Below, in pieces: positions 25,793 to 35,116 of a stretch of DNA of 64,000 bases. Source of the DNA: Candidatus Aldehydirespiratoraceae bacterium (GTDB lineage Bacteria; Actinomycetota; Acidimicrobiia; Acidimicrobiales; Aldehydirespiratoraceae). The stretch's first letter is position 1. Every line of letters begins with the position of its first letter. The notes below the pieces were generated by a model that saw only the letters and a list, made by a program, of their open reading frames with translations, had not been told where the DNA came from and did not search any database. The stretch covers positions 1,209,420 to 1,273,419 of the forward strand of contig OZ244898.1 in NCBI GenBank assembly GCA_965221585.1. Reading direction: 5' to 3'. Made by a program: the position numbers and the translations under genes.

Positions 25793-26173
25793 ATGACGAA
25801 TCAGGGATTGCAGATTGACTACGTCGAACTTCCAGCACCGGAGTTCGAGGACACCAAGCGGTTCTACACCCGTGTCTTCAGCTGGGAGTGGACGCAGTAC
25901 GGCCCGGTGTACGCGGCCTACGAGGGAGGCTCAGTCGAGGTCGGGCTCAACGGCGGGGCAACTCCGGCCCCCGCCCACGCCCAGGGAGCAGAAGACTCGA
26001 TCGGCCCGTTGGTGCTGCTCAGCTGCGATGATCTCGAAGCCAGGCAGGCTGAAGTTGTCGCCGCGGGCGGGGTGATCGTGTCGCCGATCTACCCCTACCC
26101 GGGCGGCCGACGGTTCCACTTCGCCGATCCGAGCGGCAATATCTTGGGTTTGTACCAGTCGGACCCGCTATAG
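25793..26173 (+). CDS. VOC/glyoxalase-family protein
   Basis: 126 aa with typical VOC ends: IDYVELPAPEFEDTKRFYTRVFSW near the N-terminus and GGRRFHFADPSGNILGLY near the C-terminus. Confidence 0.75.
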   Translation: MTNQGLQIDYVELPAPEFEDTKRFYTRVFSWEWTQYGPVYAAYEGGSVEVGLNGGATPAPAHAQGAEDSIGPLVLLSCDDLEARQAEVVAAGGVIVSPIYPYPGGRRFHFADPSGNILGLYQSDPL

Positions 26174-26200
26174 CAGAACCGAGAGATTGGAAGACGAGCG

Positions 26201-27382
26201 CTACTCGCCGCCTTCTCGGAGTTCGACCACGATCCGTTCGAAGCCGGAGCCGATCACGTCGACTCCTTGATCGCTCAGGTTCGCGAGCGCCTCTTCAGCG
26301 ATGTCGGTGCGATAGGCGCCGTCATCGGGAGCCGCAGCCAGAATCCCCTCGCTTGTGGCAACCTCAACCGTCTGGGCCCACAGATCCGGGTCCATCACCC
26401 CCGCTCCCAGCGGAGAGGGCCAGATCAAGGAGCTGATCTCATTGAGCTGCCACGCCTGATGCGACTCGCCCAGAGTGGGGACGTTGTTGAGAACGATCTC
26501 CACGCAGGCCTCAGAGTTGTCCCGGCAATGCGCCCAGCCGCGGATCGAAGCCTCAACGAAGCGCACTGCGACATCGCGGTAGTCGGCGTCGGTCTCCAAT
26601 CGGTCAGCGTCGGCCCAGAGGGCGTCCTGGAGCATGGCCGTACCTTCATCGTTCCAGTCGATGACGTTCAGGTCCTCGGGCTGATAGAGCTCGCCCGTAT
26701 CGGGGTTGATCGTCTCCAACACCTGCGCGTACTCGTTGTAGATCATGGCTTGTGCCGCGTCGATGTCACCGTTGATCAGCGCCAGCATGTCGAAGTTCTG
26801 CTGCACGAGCGTCACGTCGGAGTCCGGATCGAGTCCGTTCTTGCGAAGCCCGGCCAGCAACTCGAATTCATTGCCGAATCCCCAGTTGCCCACGGTTCGT
26901 CCTTCAAGGTCGCTGACTGAACTGATCCCGGAATCCGCGAATGACACTTGCAACGTTGCGCTTCGCTGGAAGACCTGGGCAATGTTGGTGATATTGGCGC
27001 CTTCCTCACGTGGTACCAGGCCACGCGGAACCCACGAGACGGCAAAGTCTGCGGCACCAGAATCCAGCACCGAGGCGGGCACGATATCGACTCCTCCTTC
27101 AAGGATCGTCACATCGAGTCCGACATCGTTGTAGAAGCCGAGATCACGGGCCGCGTAGTAGCCCGCGAACTGAGCCTGAGTGAACCACTGCAACTGCAGG
27201 GTTACCGGCGTCAGTTCGGCCGGTTCGGGCTCGTCGGGCTCAGCGGGTTCGACCGCCTCCTCGCTTTCGGCTGTCTCTGGCGCCGATTCCGGTTCAGCGT
27301 CATCGTCGCCGCAGGCTGCGGCCAGCAGACTCAGCGCCAATAACGGCACCAGTATTTTGGTGAACAGGTGATGTACCTTCAT
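26201..27382 (-). CDS. ABC transporter substrate-binding lipoprotein (NMT1/THI5, NitT/TauT-like)
   Basis: Has the lipoprotein signal MKVHHLFTKILVPLLALSLLAAACGDDD with GGAGGA 5 nt upstream of ATG 27382. LQLQWFTQAQFAGYYAA is typical of NMT1-like binding proteins. The upstream ORF extension to 27577 was rejected. Confidence 0.8.
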   Translation of the reverse strand: MKVHHLFTKILVPLLALSLLAAACGDDDAEPESAPETAESEEAVEPAEPDEPEPAELTPVTLQLQWFTQAQFAGYYAARDLGFYNDVGLDVTILEGGVDIVPASVLDSGAADFAVSWVPRGLVPREEGANITNIAQVFQRSATLQVSFADSGISSVSDLEGRTVGNWGFGNEFELLAGLRKNGLDPDSDVTLVQQNFDMLALINGDIDAAQAMIYNEYAQVLETINPDTGELYQPEDLNVIDWNDEGTAMLQDALWADADRLETDADYRDVAVRFVEASIRGWAHCRDNSEACVEIVLNNVPTLGESHQAWQLNEISSLIWPSPLGAGVMDPDLWAQTVEVATSEGILAAAPDDGAYRTDIAEEALANLSDQGVDVIGSGFERIVVELREGGE

Positions 27383-27468
27383 GATTCCTCCAAGATCAGA
27401 TGAAGATCGAAGACCTTGAAGGCCCTGGATCCAACGAACTTGAACGACACCAAGCCGGGTCAGGATCC

Positions 27469-28236
27469 TCAGGTTCTCCTGTCGAGAAAGTACCACGGCA
27501 TTGCGATCCTCTCCAGCAGAACTGCGACGCCGTAGAGTCCGATCCCCATCAGCGAGCCGGCGAGGACCGCGGCCCAAGCATCCGCGTAGCGGGTCAGCCC
27601 CGCGGAATTGGTGATGATGTTGCCGAGCGCATCCTGGCGGCCCCCGAAGTACTCAGCAACGATCGCGGCGATCACAGCCAGTGAGGTGGCCAGTTTCAAC
27701 GCCGTGAAAAAGTACGGCATGGCGTTGGGGATGCGCACCTCACGAATGATGCGCCACTTGCCGGCACCGTAGGACTCCATCAACTCGATCTGGCTAGGCT
27801 CGACATCGACAAGCCCGCGCGAAGTGTTGATGAAGACGGGAAAGAAGACCAGCGCAACGACCACGGCCTGGTTCGAACGGGGAGACAACAGTCCGAACCA
27901 GGCGTTGAAGATCGGTGCCAGGGCGACGATGGGGATGGCGTTCACCGCGACCGCCAGGGGAGTGAGAGTCTGATTGGCGGTCCTGAACGCGGTCACCAGA
28001 AGAGCGGCGAAGACGCCCAGCAACACACCAGCCAGCAAGCCGCTCACGACGATGAACCCGGTGACCTGAGTAGCCGTCTGGATCGCAGAGGAATTCTCCG
28101 CAACCGCACCAGCAATCTCGGAGGGCGGGGGAAGGACGAAACCGTCGGGTCGGGTCAACCACAACAGCAACTCCCAACCGCCGAACCCGATGACCGCGGC
28201 CATGATTGGCGGGAACAGTTCGTGCAACCGCTTCAT
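27469..28236 (-). CDS. ABC transporter permease (NitT/TauT family)
   Basis: Six hydrophobic segments and an EAA-like loop ELMESYGAGKWRIIREVRIPNAMPY. Confidence 0.85.
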   Translation of the reverse strand: MKRLHELFPPIMAAVIGFGGWELLLWLTRPDGFVLPPPSEIAGAVAENSSAIQTATQVTGFIVVSGLLAGVLLGVFAALLVTAFRTANQTLTPLAVAVNAIPIVALAPIFNAWFGLLSPRSNQAVVVALVFFPVFINTSRGLVDVEPSQIELMESYGAGKWRIIREVRIPNAMPYFFTALKLATSLAVIAAIVAEYFGGRQDALGNIITNSAGLTRYADAWAAVLAGSLMGIGLYGVAVLLERIAMPWYFLDRRT

Positions 28237-29018
28237 TCGGGTTCGCCCGCCCGGAGCACTTTGCGCACGGCGCTGACGTTGGCGAAGAACTGCGGGCTGT
28301 CACGCGCAGAATCGCCTCGCACTCCCAGATCGTTGTCGATCACCGCGGAGATGCGACCGGGCCGGGGCGACATCACCACGACTTTGGTTGACAGGAAGAC
28401 GGCTTCAGAAATCGAGTGGGTCACGAAGATCACGGTGGTTTCCGTCTCGGACCAGATGCGCAACAGCTCGTTCTGCATGTGCTCGCGGGTCATCTCGTCA
28501 AGGGCACCGAACGGCTCGTCCATCAACAGCAGAGCTGGACGAAACGACATGGCCCGGGCGATCGCCACTCTCTGAGCCATGCCCCCGGACAGCTCCAGAG
28601 GATGGTGGTGGGCAAAGTCGACGAGCTTGACAAGTTCGAGCATCTCCGCAGAGCGGCGACGCCGGTCCGCTGCCTTCCAACCCATCAACTCCAGTGGCAG
28701 TTCGATGTTGCGTGAGACGTCGCGCCAGTCGAACAGACCAGCTTTCTGAAAGACCATCGAATAGTCGCGGTCGAGCCGGGCCTGGTCTGCGGTCTTGCCG
28801 TTGACCAGCAGCGTTCCCTCGGTGCAGTCGACGAGCCCGGCGATGAGGCGCAGCAGCGTGCTCTTTCCACATCCGGACGGGCCGATGAGAGTGACGAAAT
28901 CACCGGCCGAGACCGTCAGCTCGATGTCGTCCAGGGCCCGCACCTCGTTGGTGCCCGCAGGGTTGAACACCTTGGACACACCGCGGACCTCCACCGCCGG
29001 GGATGTTTGTGCGGTCAC
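28233..29018 (-). CDS. ABC transporter ATP-binding protein
   Basis: Walker A GPSGCGKST, signature LSGGMAQRVAIARA and Walker B LLLMDEPFGALD. GTG 29018 overlaps the upstream stop (GTGA). Confidence 0.9.
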   Translation of the reverse strand: MTAQTSPAVEVRGVSKVFNPAGTNEVRALDDIELTVSAGDFVTLIGPSGCGKSTLLRLIAGLVDCTEGTLLVNGKTADQARLDRDYSMVFQKAGLFDWRDVSRNIELPLELMGWKAADRRRRSAEMLELVKLVDFAHHHPLELSGGMAQRVAIARAMSFRPALLLMDEPFGALDEMTREHMQNELLRIWSETETTVIFVTHSISEAVFLSTKVVVMSPRPGRISAVIDNDLGVRGDSARDSPQFFANVSAVRKVLRAGEPE

Positions 29019-29911
29019 AGAAGCGCCTCCGTTCCCTTTCGGCGCACCAGCGCATATTCGACCAGTGAGATCGTGAGGAAAACGAAGATCCCGAGCGCAG
29101 CCGCACACAGCACCGCGACATACAGGCGTTCCGGGCCTGTCGTGTAGCGCTGCGCCTCAAGCAGGATTCTGCGGCCCAAGCCACCGGTCACTCCGGCCGA
29201 GATCTCGCCTACGATCGCGCCCACCACACTGGCTGTCGCGGCGATCTTGAAAGCGGAGAACAGGTAGGGCAGCGACGCCGGAAGTCGGAGTCGCCAAAGC
29301 GTCTGACGCCGTCCGGCTGCGTAGGAATCCATGAGTTCGAGGGACTCGGACGACGGAGAGTGCAGCCCTCGAAGGCCGTTGATGGCGACCGGGAAGAAGG
29401 TGAGATAGGTGGCAATGAGCGATACGGACATCCAGTCGTGCCACTCCCAGGGCAGGAAATCCATATTCTTGCGCCCCCAGATCACCACGATCGGGGCGAT
29501 GGCAATCAAGGGGATGGTCTGGCTCGCTATCACATGGGGCACGAGCGCCCGCTCCAACAACTGCGACGACGACAGGACGATGGCGATGCCGAGTCCGACG
29601 ATCACGCCGACTGCGAAGCCGACGGCTGCTTCCCGCAGCGTGAACACCGCTTCGGTGAGGACGATTGAACCGAATGCCTCGTCGAGTCCCCGAGGTTCCG
29701 CGAAGACGCCCGAGATGATCTCGAACACGGAGGGCATGGTCAGATCATCGGTGCGGGGCAGGAATGAACCGACTACTGCCCAGTCAGTCTGGGCGTCGTC
29801 AACCGACTGGCCGAACGCCTTGTACGCCGTGTATCCCCCCATCAACAGAATCACGAAGAGGCTGAACACGATCACCTGACGGAGAGAACCCCTCAGCCGA
29901 TTCGAGTCCAT
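29015..29911 (-). CDS. ABC transporter permease (NitT/TauT family)
   Basis: Polytopic, with the EAA loop LELMDSYAAGRRQTLWRLRLPASLPY. Confidence 0.85.
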   Translation of the reverse strand: MDSNRLRGSLRQVIVFSLFVILLMGGYTAYKAFGQSVDDAQTDWAVVGSFLPRTDDLTMPSVFEIISGVFAEPRGLDEAFGSIVLTEAVFTLREAAVGFAVGVIVGLGIAIVLSSSQLLERALVPHVIASQTIPLIAIAPIVVIWGRKNMDFLPWEWHDWMSVSLIATYLTFFPVAINGLRGLHSPSSESLELMDSYAAGRRQTLWRLRLPASLPYLFSAFKIAATASVVGAIVGEISAGVTGGLGRRILLEAQRYTTGPERLYVAVLCAAALGIFVFLTISLVEYALVRRKGTEALL

Positions 29912-29915
29912 AGCG

Positions 29916-30920
29916 TTATCGGCTGTTCACTGCAGGGATGATCCGCTGACCGTAAGCGTTGAGCGTCTCATCTTGTTGATCATGCATCAGATAGATGGCG
30001 AACTGATCGACGCCGAGGTCGCGCAACTCTTGCAGACGGCTGATGTGGTCCGACTCGTCACCCAGGATGCAGAAGCGGTCGATCACCGCATCTGGAACAA
30101 ACTCGGTGTGGACCGCCCCGGATCGGCCGTGCTCGGCGTAGTCGTAACCCTCGCGGCCGCGGATGTAGTCGGTCAAGGCCGCTGGAACCGCGTCGCCGGC
30201 GTCTCCATAGCGCGCAACCAGATCGGCGACATGGTTGCCGACCATCCCTCCGAACCAGCGGCACTGGTCTCGTTGATGGTCGAGGTTCGAGCCGACGTAG
30301 GCGGGTGCAGCCACGCAGATATAGAGGTCGTCGGGGTCGCGTCCCGCCTCCGCGGCGGCTCTGCGGACCGCCCCGATTGTCCAAGCCGCGATCTGTGGAT
30401 CAGCCAATTGCAGGATGAAGCCGTCGGCCACAGTGCCGCAGAGGTGGAGCGCCTTGGGTCCATAGGCCGCCATCCAGACGTCGAGTCTGCTGTCGCGGCA
30501 CCAAGGAAAGTGCTGGGTGGTGCCGTTGTATTCGACTTCTTGCCCCTCGGCCAGACCCTTGATCACGCCGATCGACTCTCCCAGAGTCGCAAGATTGATG
30601 GGTTTGTTGCCGATTACCCGCAGAGCCGAATCGCCTCGGCCGATACCGCAGACCGTGCGGTTTCCGAACATGTCGTTGAGTGTGGCGAACAGCGACGCGG
30701 TGACGGTCCAGTCGCGTGTGCCGGGGTTGGTCACCATCGGCCCGACCATCATCTTGTTGGTTGCCGACAACATCTGGCTGTATATGACGAACGGCTCCTG
30801 CCACAGGACATGGCTGTCGAAGGTCCAGCCGTGGTTGAAGCCCAGGGTCTCCGCCCGTCGCGCCAGATCGACGACCCTCCAAGCGGGGGGATCAGTTTGC
30901 AGAACAACACCGAAGTCCAT
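29916..30920 (-). CDS. Luciferase-like monooxygenase (LLM) class oxidoreductase, probably F420- or flavin-dependent
   Basis: MDFGVVLQTDPPAWRVVDLARRAETLGFNHGWTFDSHVLWQEP... has the LLM TIM-barrel pattern. It is 334 aa. Confidence 0.8.
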   Translation of the reverse strand: MDFGVVLQTDPPAWRVVDLARRAETLGFNHGWTFDSHVLWQEPFVIYSQMLSATNKMMVGPMVTNPGTRDWTVTASLFATLNDMFGNRTVCGIGRGDSALRVIGNKPINLATLGESIGVIKGLAEGQEVEYNGTTQHFPWCRDSRLDVWMAAYGPKALHLCGTVADGFILQLADPQIAAWTIGAVRRAAAEAGRDPDDLYICVAAPAYVGSNLDHQRDQCRWFGGMVGNHVADLVARYGDAGDAVPAALTDYIRGREGYDYAEHGRSGAVHTEFVPDAVIDRFCILGDESDHISRLQELRDLGVDQFAIYLMHDQQDETLNAYGQRIIPAVNSR

Positions 30921-30943
30921 GAGTGCTCCCAGGTTCTCGACGG

Positions 30944-32353
30944 CTACTGGAGGTACTGGCAGAGGCTGCGGGGCAGGTAACGACCGTCGCCGGGTCGTCC
31001 CAAGTACTGTCCGTTGTCGACTATGACCCTGCCGCGCTGCAGCACGGTGTCGACATGTCCCGTAACGTTGATTCCCTCATAGGCGGAATGGTCCATGTTC
31101 ATGTGGTGGTTCTCGACGCTGATCGTCCAGCGCTTGTCAGGGTCATAGATCACAATGTCTGCGTCGGAACCGGCGGCGATGATGCCCTTGCGCGGGTAGA
31201 GGCCCATCATCCGGGCCGGTGTGGTAGCGCACAGCTCGACCCAACGCGCCAGACCGATCTCGCCGGCGAGCACGCCCTGGTAGATCATGTCCATGCGGTG
31301 CTCCACCCCACCGATGCCGTTCGGAATGGCTCGGAAGTCATCGAGTCCGAGTTCCTTCTGCTCCTTCATGCAGAACGGGCAGTGGTCGGTCGACACGACT
31401 GCCAGGTCGTTGCTGCGCAGCCCCCTCCACAGTTCCTGCTGGTGGTGTTCGTGGTGCGAGCGCAGCGGCGTCGAGCAGACATAGGCGGCACCCTCGAAAC
31501 CGGGCCGGTCCAGGTGCTCCTCCAAGCTGAAGTACAGGTACTGCGGGCAGGTCTCGGCGAACACGTTCATGTCGCGGTCGCGGGCGATGGCCACCTGCTC
31601 GAGCGCCTCGCGGGCTGACAGATGCACGATGTAAAGCGGCGCGGCGCCGACCTTGGCCAGTTGGATGGCGCGGTGGGTCGCCTCGGACTCCAACTCCTTG
31701 CGGCGCACGTATCCATGGTTGACCGGGCTGGTCTCGCCGCGCTCGAAGGCCTGCTCGGCCAGCACATCGATCGCCAGTCCGTTCTCGGCGTGCATCATGA
31801 TGAGTCCGCCGTTGCCCGCCGCCTGCTGCATGGCTCGCAGGATCTGTCCGTCGTCGGAGTAGAACACGCCGGGGTAGGCCATGAACAGCTTGAAGCTGGT
31901 GATGCCTTCGTCGACGAGCAGGTCCATCTCCTTGAGCGAGTCATTGGTGACGTCGCCGATGATCATGTGGAAGCCGTAGTCGACCGCACAGTTGCCTTCG
32001 GCTTTCGCCATCCAGACATCGAGGCTGTCGCGGACCGTCTCGCCGTAGCGCTGCACTGCGAAGTCGACGATTGTGGTGGTGCCTCCCCAGGCCGCGGCCC
32101 GGGTGCCCGATTCGAAGTCGTCGGAGGCCTCCGTGCCCCCGAACGGCAGTTCCATGTGGGTGTGGACGTCGACACCGCCGGGCACCACGAGCTTGCCTTG
32201 GGCGTCAATGACCTGAGCAGTGGATTCGGCGGCCGTGGCGATGTCGCTGCCGGGCTGCAGTACAGCAGCGATCTGTTCGCCGTCGATCAATACTTCGGCG
32301 GGAGCCGCGCCGGTTGAGGCGACAACGGTTCCGCCCTTTATCAGTGTCGTCAT
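30944..32353 (-). CDS. Dihydropyrimidinase / D-hydantoinase
   Basis: Has GGVDVHTHMELPF and SFKLFMAY (carboxylated-Lys motif), plus HAENG and the cyclic-amidohydrolase C-terminal half. Confidence 0.9.
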   Translation of the reverse strand: MTTLIKGGTVVASTGAAPAEVLIDGEQIAAVLQPGSDIATAAESTAQVIDAQGKLVVPGGVDVHTHMELPFGGTEASDDFESGTRAAAWGGTTTIVDFAVQRYGETVRDSLDVWMAKAEGNCAVDYGFHMIIGDVTNDSLKEMDLLVDEGITSFKLFMAYPGVFYSDDGQILRAMQQAAGNGGLIMMHAENGLAIDVLAEQAFERGETSPVNHGYVRRKELESEATHRAIQLAKVGAAPLYIVHLSAREALEQVAIARDRDMNVFAETCPQYLYFSLEEHLDRPGFEGAAYVCSTPLRSHHEHHQQELWRGLRSNDLAVVSTDHCPFCMKEQKELGLDDFRAIPNGIGGVEHRMDMIYQGVLAGEIGLARWVELCATTPARMMGLYPRKGIIAAGSDADIVIYDPDKRWTISVENHHMNMDHSAYEGINVTGHVDTVLQRGRVIVDNGQYLGRPGDGRYLPRSLCQYLQ

Positions 32354-32388
32354 TCTGGTCTCCTAGCGTGTGTCTCGTAGTTCGGCGG

Positions 32389-33231
32389 TCAGGGTGCGGT
32401 CAGGCCTCCATAGAGGTCGGGTCGCCGGTCGCGGTAGAACGCCCACTGGTCGCGGACCTCGGCGATCTGGGCGAGGTCCAGCTCACGCACCACCAGCTCC
32501 TCTGTCTGGTCCGAGGCGGCACCGTCGAGGATCTGACCTCGGGGAGTTGCAAAGTAGGAGGTGCCGTAGAAATCGTTGTCGCCGAGCGGTTCGACCCCGA
32601 CCCGGTTGATGGCACCGACGAAGTACATGTTGGCGACCGCGGCGGAAGTCTGTTCAAGATCCCACAGATAGGCCGAGAGCCCTCTGCTGGTCGCCGAGGG
32701 ATTGAAGACTATCTGCGCACCACCGAGTCCAAGGGCTCTCCAGCCCTCGGGAAAGTGCCGGTCGTAGCAGATGTAGACGCCGACCTTGCCGACGGCCGTG
32801 TCGAAGACCGGGTAACCGAGGTTTCCGGGACGGAAGTAGAACTTCTCCCAGAATCCCTTCACCTGTGGGATATGGGTCTTGCGGTACTTGCCGAGGTAGG
32901 AGCCGTCCGCGTCGATGACGGCGGCGGTGTTGTACAAGAACCCTGCTTGTTCCTCCTCGTACATGGGCAACACGATCACCATCCCGTGCCGGGCGGCCAA
33001 TTCTTGGAAGCGTTTGGTGGTGGGACCATCCGGGACCGCTTCGGCGTACGAGTAGTACTCAGTGTCTTGGACTTGACAGAAGTAGGGCCCGTAGAACAGT
33101 TCTTGAAAGCACATGACCCGAACACCGGCTGCTGCTGCTTCGGTCACGTATTTCTCGTGGACCTCGATCATCGATTCTTTGTCGCCGGTCCATGCGACTT
33201 GGACGATGGCTGCACTGACTTTGTCTGCCAT
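32389..33231 (-). CDS. Nitrilase-superfamily amidohydrolase (beta-ureidopropionase / N-carbamoyl-amino-acid hydrolase-like)
   Basis: Has the Glu-Lys-Cys triad context: CFQELFYGPYFC, YRKTHIP and GVYICYDRHFPE. Confidence 0.8.
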   Translation of the reverse strand: MADKVSAAIVQVAWTGDKESMIEVHEKYVTEAAAAGVRVMCFQELFYGPYFCQVQDTEYYSYAEAVPDGPTTKRFQELAARHGMVIVLPMYEEEQAGFLYNTAAVIDADGSYLGKYRKTHIPQVKGFWEKFYFRPGNLGYPVFDTAVGKVGVYICYDRHFPEGWRALGLGGAQIVFNPSATSRGLSAYLWDLEQTSAAVANMYFVGAINRVGVEPLGDNDFYGTSYFATPRGQILDGAASDQTEELVVRELDLAQIAEVRDQWAFYRDRRPDLYGGLTAP

Positions 33232-33394
33232 GCCGTACCCCTCCTCTGTGCTTTAGGCTCGCACGTCGATCCTGTCCGCGTAGCCGGACTGGCTTCCAGT
33301 CGGCCGGAGGCGACATTGTAGTTCAAGATTCGGCGCCGGTCTTGGGTCGATCCAAGCTCGAGGGCGCGGCTGGCTCGCCGCGCGGTGTTGTTGC

Positions 33395-33455
33395 GCGGCT
33401 CAGTCGCCGCTCATTGCCTCGGCGGCTCAGTCGCCGCTCATTGCCTCGGCGGCTC
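33395..33455. repeat. 27-bp tandem duplication (2.3 copies) spanning the stop codon of the VOC gene
   Basis: GCGGCTCAGTCGCCGCTCATTGCCTCG at 33395-33421 is repeated exactly at 33422-33448, followed by a partial GCGGCTC. Confidence 0.9.
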
Positions 33456-33885
33456 TTTTGGCCATCTCGTCGGGGTCGACGTCCTCGACACGACTGGCCA
33501 CGCCCCAACGGTGGCCCCAAGGGTCGAGGAACTGCCCGGCCCGGTCTCCGTAGAACTGCTCTGTGACGGGACGCAACTCAGTGGCTCCTGCGGCCAACGC
33601 CGCCGCGAACGTGGAGTCCACATCCTCGACGTAGACGTTCAGTGACACGGCTGTCCCGCCCAGGGTCGCGGGGCCGACCACGCCGATTTCGGGGTACTCG
33701 TCTGAGATCATCAACAAAGAACCGTCCAGCTCCAACTCGGCGTGACCGACCTTGCCGGCCTCCTCGAAGCGCAGCCGTTCCTTGGCGCCGAGCACGCCGG
33801 TGTAGAACTCGATAGCGTCACTCGCCCCGTCGACGCAAAGCGCCGGCGTCAGTTTCGGATAGTCGTCCGGTATCGGGTTGGTCAT
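33427..33885 (-). CDS. VOC-family (PhnB-like) protein
   Basis: MTNPIPDDYPKLTPALCVDGASDAIEFYTGVLGA...FYGDRAGQFLDPWGHRWGV is the PhnB/glyoxalase pattern. The internal ATG at 33885 was chosen over the ORF start at 34047. Confidence 0.75.
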   Translation of the reverse strand: MTNPIPDDYPKLTPALCVDGASDAIEFYTGVLGAKERLRFEEAGKVGHAELELDGSLLMISDEYPEIGVVGPATLGGTAVSLNVYVEDVDSTFAAALAAGATELRPVTEQFYGDRAGQFLDPWGHRWGVASRVEDVDPDEMAKRAAEAMSGD

Positions 33886-33967
33886 TGGTGATCTTCCTTT
33901 TGAGTAGGCAAGCGAACGCCGATAGTATCCGCGGCAGTTCAACGATGAACAGCCACGCGGGGGATTA

Positions 33968-35104
33968 GTGCCAGACGCGAAGAGTACGGGACTTGAACTT
34001 CTAGCCAAGGCCGGCGTGACCGTCGGCGGGGATGCTCCCCATGACATTCACATTCACGACGACGGCATCTGGTCGCGCATTCTCAGAGATCGAGAACTCG
34101 GTCTGGGTGAGACGTACATGGACGGCGGCTGGGACGCCAACCGCCTTGATGAGTTCTTGACCGTGGTCCAGACTGCCGACCTTCGATCCTTGGTGACGCC
34201 GAGCCCCCAGTTGCTGGTTTTGGGCGCCAAGTCCAAGATCATGAACCGGCAATCGAAGGCCAGGGCGCGTAGAAATGCGCGAGCCCACTACAACATCGGC
34301 AACGATCTGTACGAGCGCATGCTCGATGAGCGAATGATCTACTCGTGCGCCTACTGGAAAGACATCGATGCGGAGCCGTCGACCGAGGGGGCTCTCGACG
34401 CGGCACAACAAGCCAAGCTGGACCTGATCTGCCGCAAGTTGAAGCTCGAAGCGGGCATGACACTGCTCGACATCGGCTGTGGCTGGGGTGGGTTCGCGCA
34501 GTTCGCGGCGCAGCGTTATCAGGTGGAGGTGACGGGAGTCTCTCCCGCGGAGGAACAGGTCTCTCTGGCGAGGCAGCGCTGCGCGGGTCTGCCGGTGCGG
34601 ATCATCGAGGCCGACTATCGCGATCTCGACGGCAGCTACGACCGCATCACCTCGATTGGAATGATGGAACATGTGGGTCCGAAGAATCTGCCGACCTTCT
34701 TCGACAAGTGCCGTGAACTCCTGGACCCCGATGGGATGATGCTGCACCACACCATCGGTTCGAACGATTGGAGGACCTCCGGCGACCCCTGGTTCGACCG
34801 CTACATCTTTCCGGGTGGGGTGCTTCCCTCACTCGGACAGATTGCCAAGGCTGCCCAGTCCCACTGGACGATCGAGGATGTCCACAACTTCGGCCCCTAC
34901 TACACCAAGACGCTGTTGGCGTGGGACCACAATATTTCGGCTCGATGGGATGAGATCCCACACTACGACGGACGTTTTCGAAGGATGTGGCACTACTACC
35001 TCATGAGCTCGGCCGCGGGTTTCCGGGCACGCGCCATCCAGCTCTGGCAGGTCGTGTTCACCCGCTCGAAACGCCCTCGGCCGATCTGGGTGCCCGTTCG
35101 TTGA
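33968..35104 (+). CDS. cfa: Cyclopropane-fatty-acyl-phospholipid synthase family SAM methyltransferase
   Basis: GETYMDGGWD, AHYNIGNDLYERMLDERMIYSCAYW, the SAM motif LLDIGCGWGG and the C-terminal WHYYLMSSAAGFR. Confidence 0.88.
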   Translation: MPDAKSTGLELLAKAGVTVGGDAPHDIHIHDDGIWSRILRDRELGLGETYMDGGWDANRLDEFLTVVQTADLRSLVTPSPQLLVLGAKSKIMNRQSKARARRNARAHYNIGNDLYERMLDERMIYSCAYWKDIDAEPSTEGALDAAQQAKLDLICRKLKLEAGMTLLDIGCGWGGFAQFAAQRYQVEVTGVSPAEEQVSLARQRCAGLPVRIIEADYRDLDGSYDRITSIGMMEHVGPKNLPTFFDKCRELLDPDGMMLHHTIGSNDWRTSGDPWFDRYIFPGGVLPSLGQIAKAAQSHWTIEDVHNFGPYYTKTLLAWDHNISARWDEIPHYDGRFRRMWHYYLMSSAAGFRARAIQLWQVVFTRSKRPRPIWVPVR

Positions 35105-35116
35105 GTCGCCGAACTC

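Noticed and set aside
26201-27577. Long version (458 aa) of the substrate-binding protein ORF, overlapping the permease 3' end.
   Set aside because: The extension is Arg-rich and overlaps the upstream gene. An internal ATG at 27382 has a GGAGGA RBS and gives a canonical lipoprotein signal.
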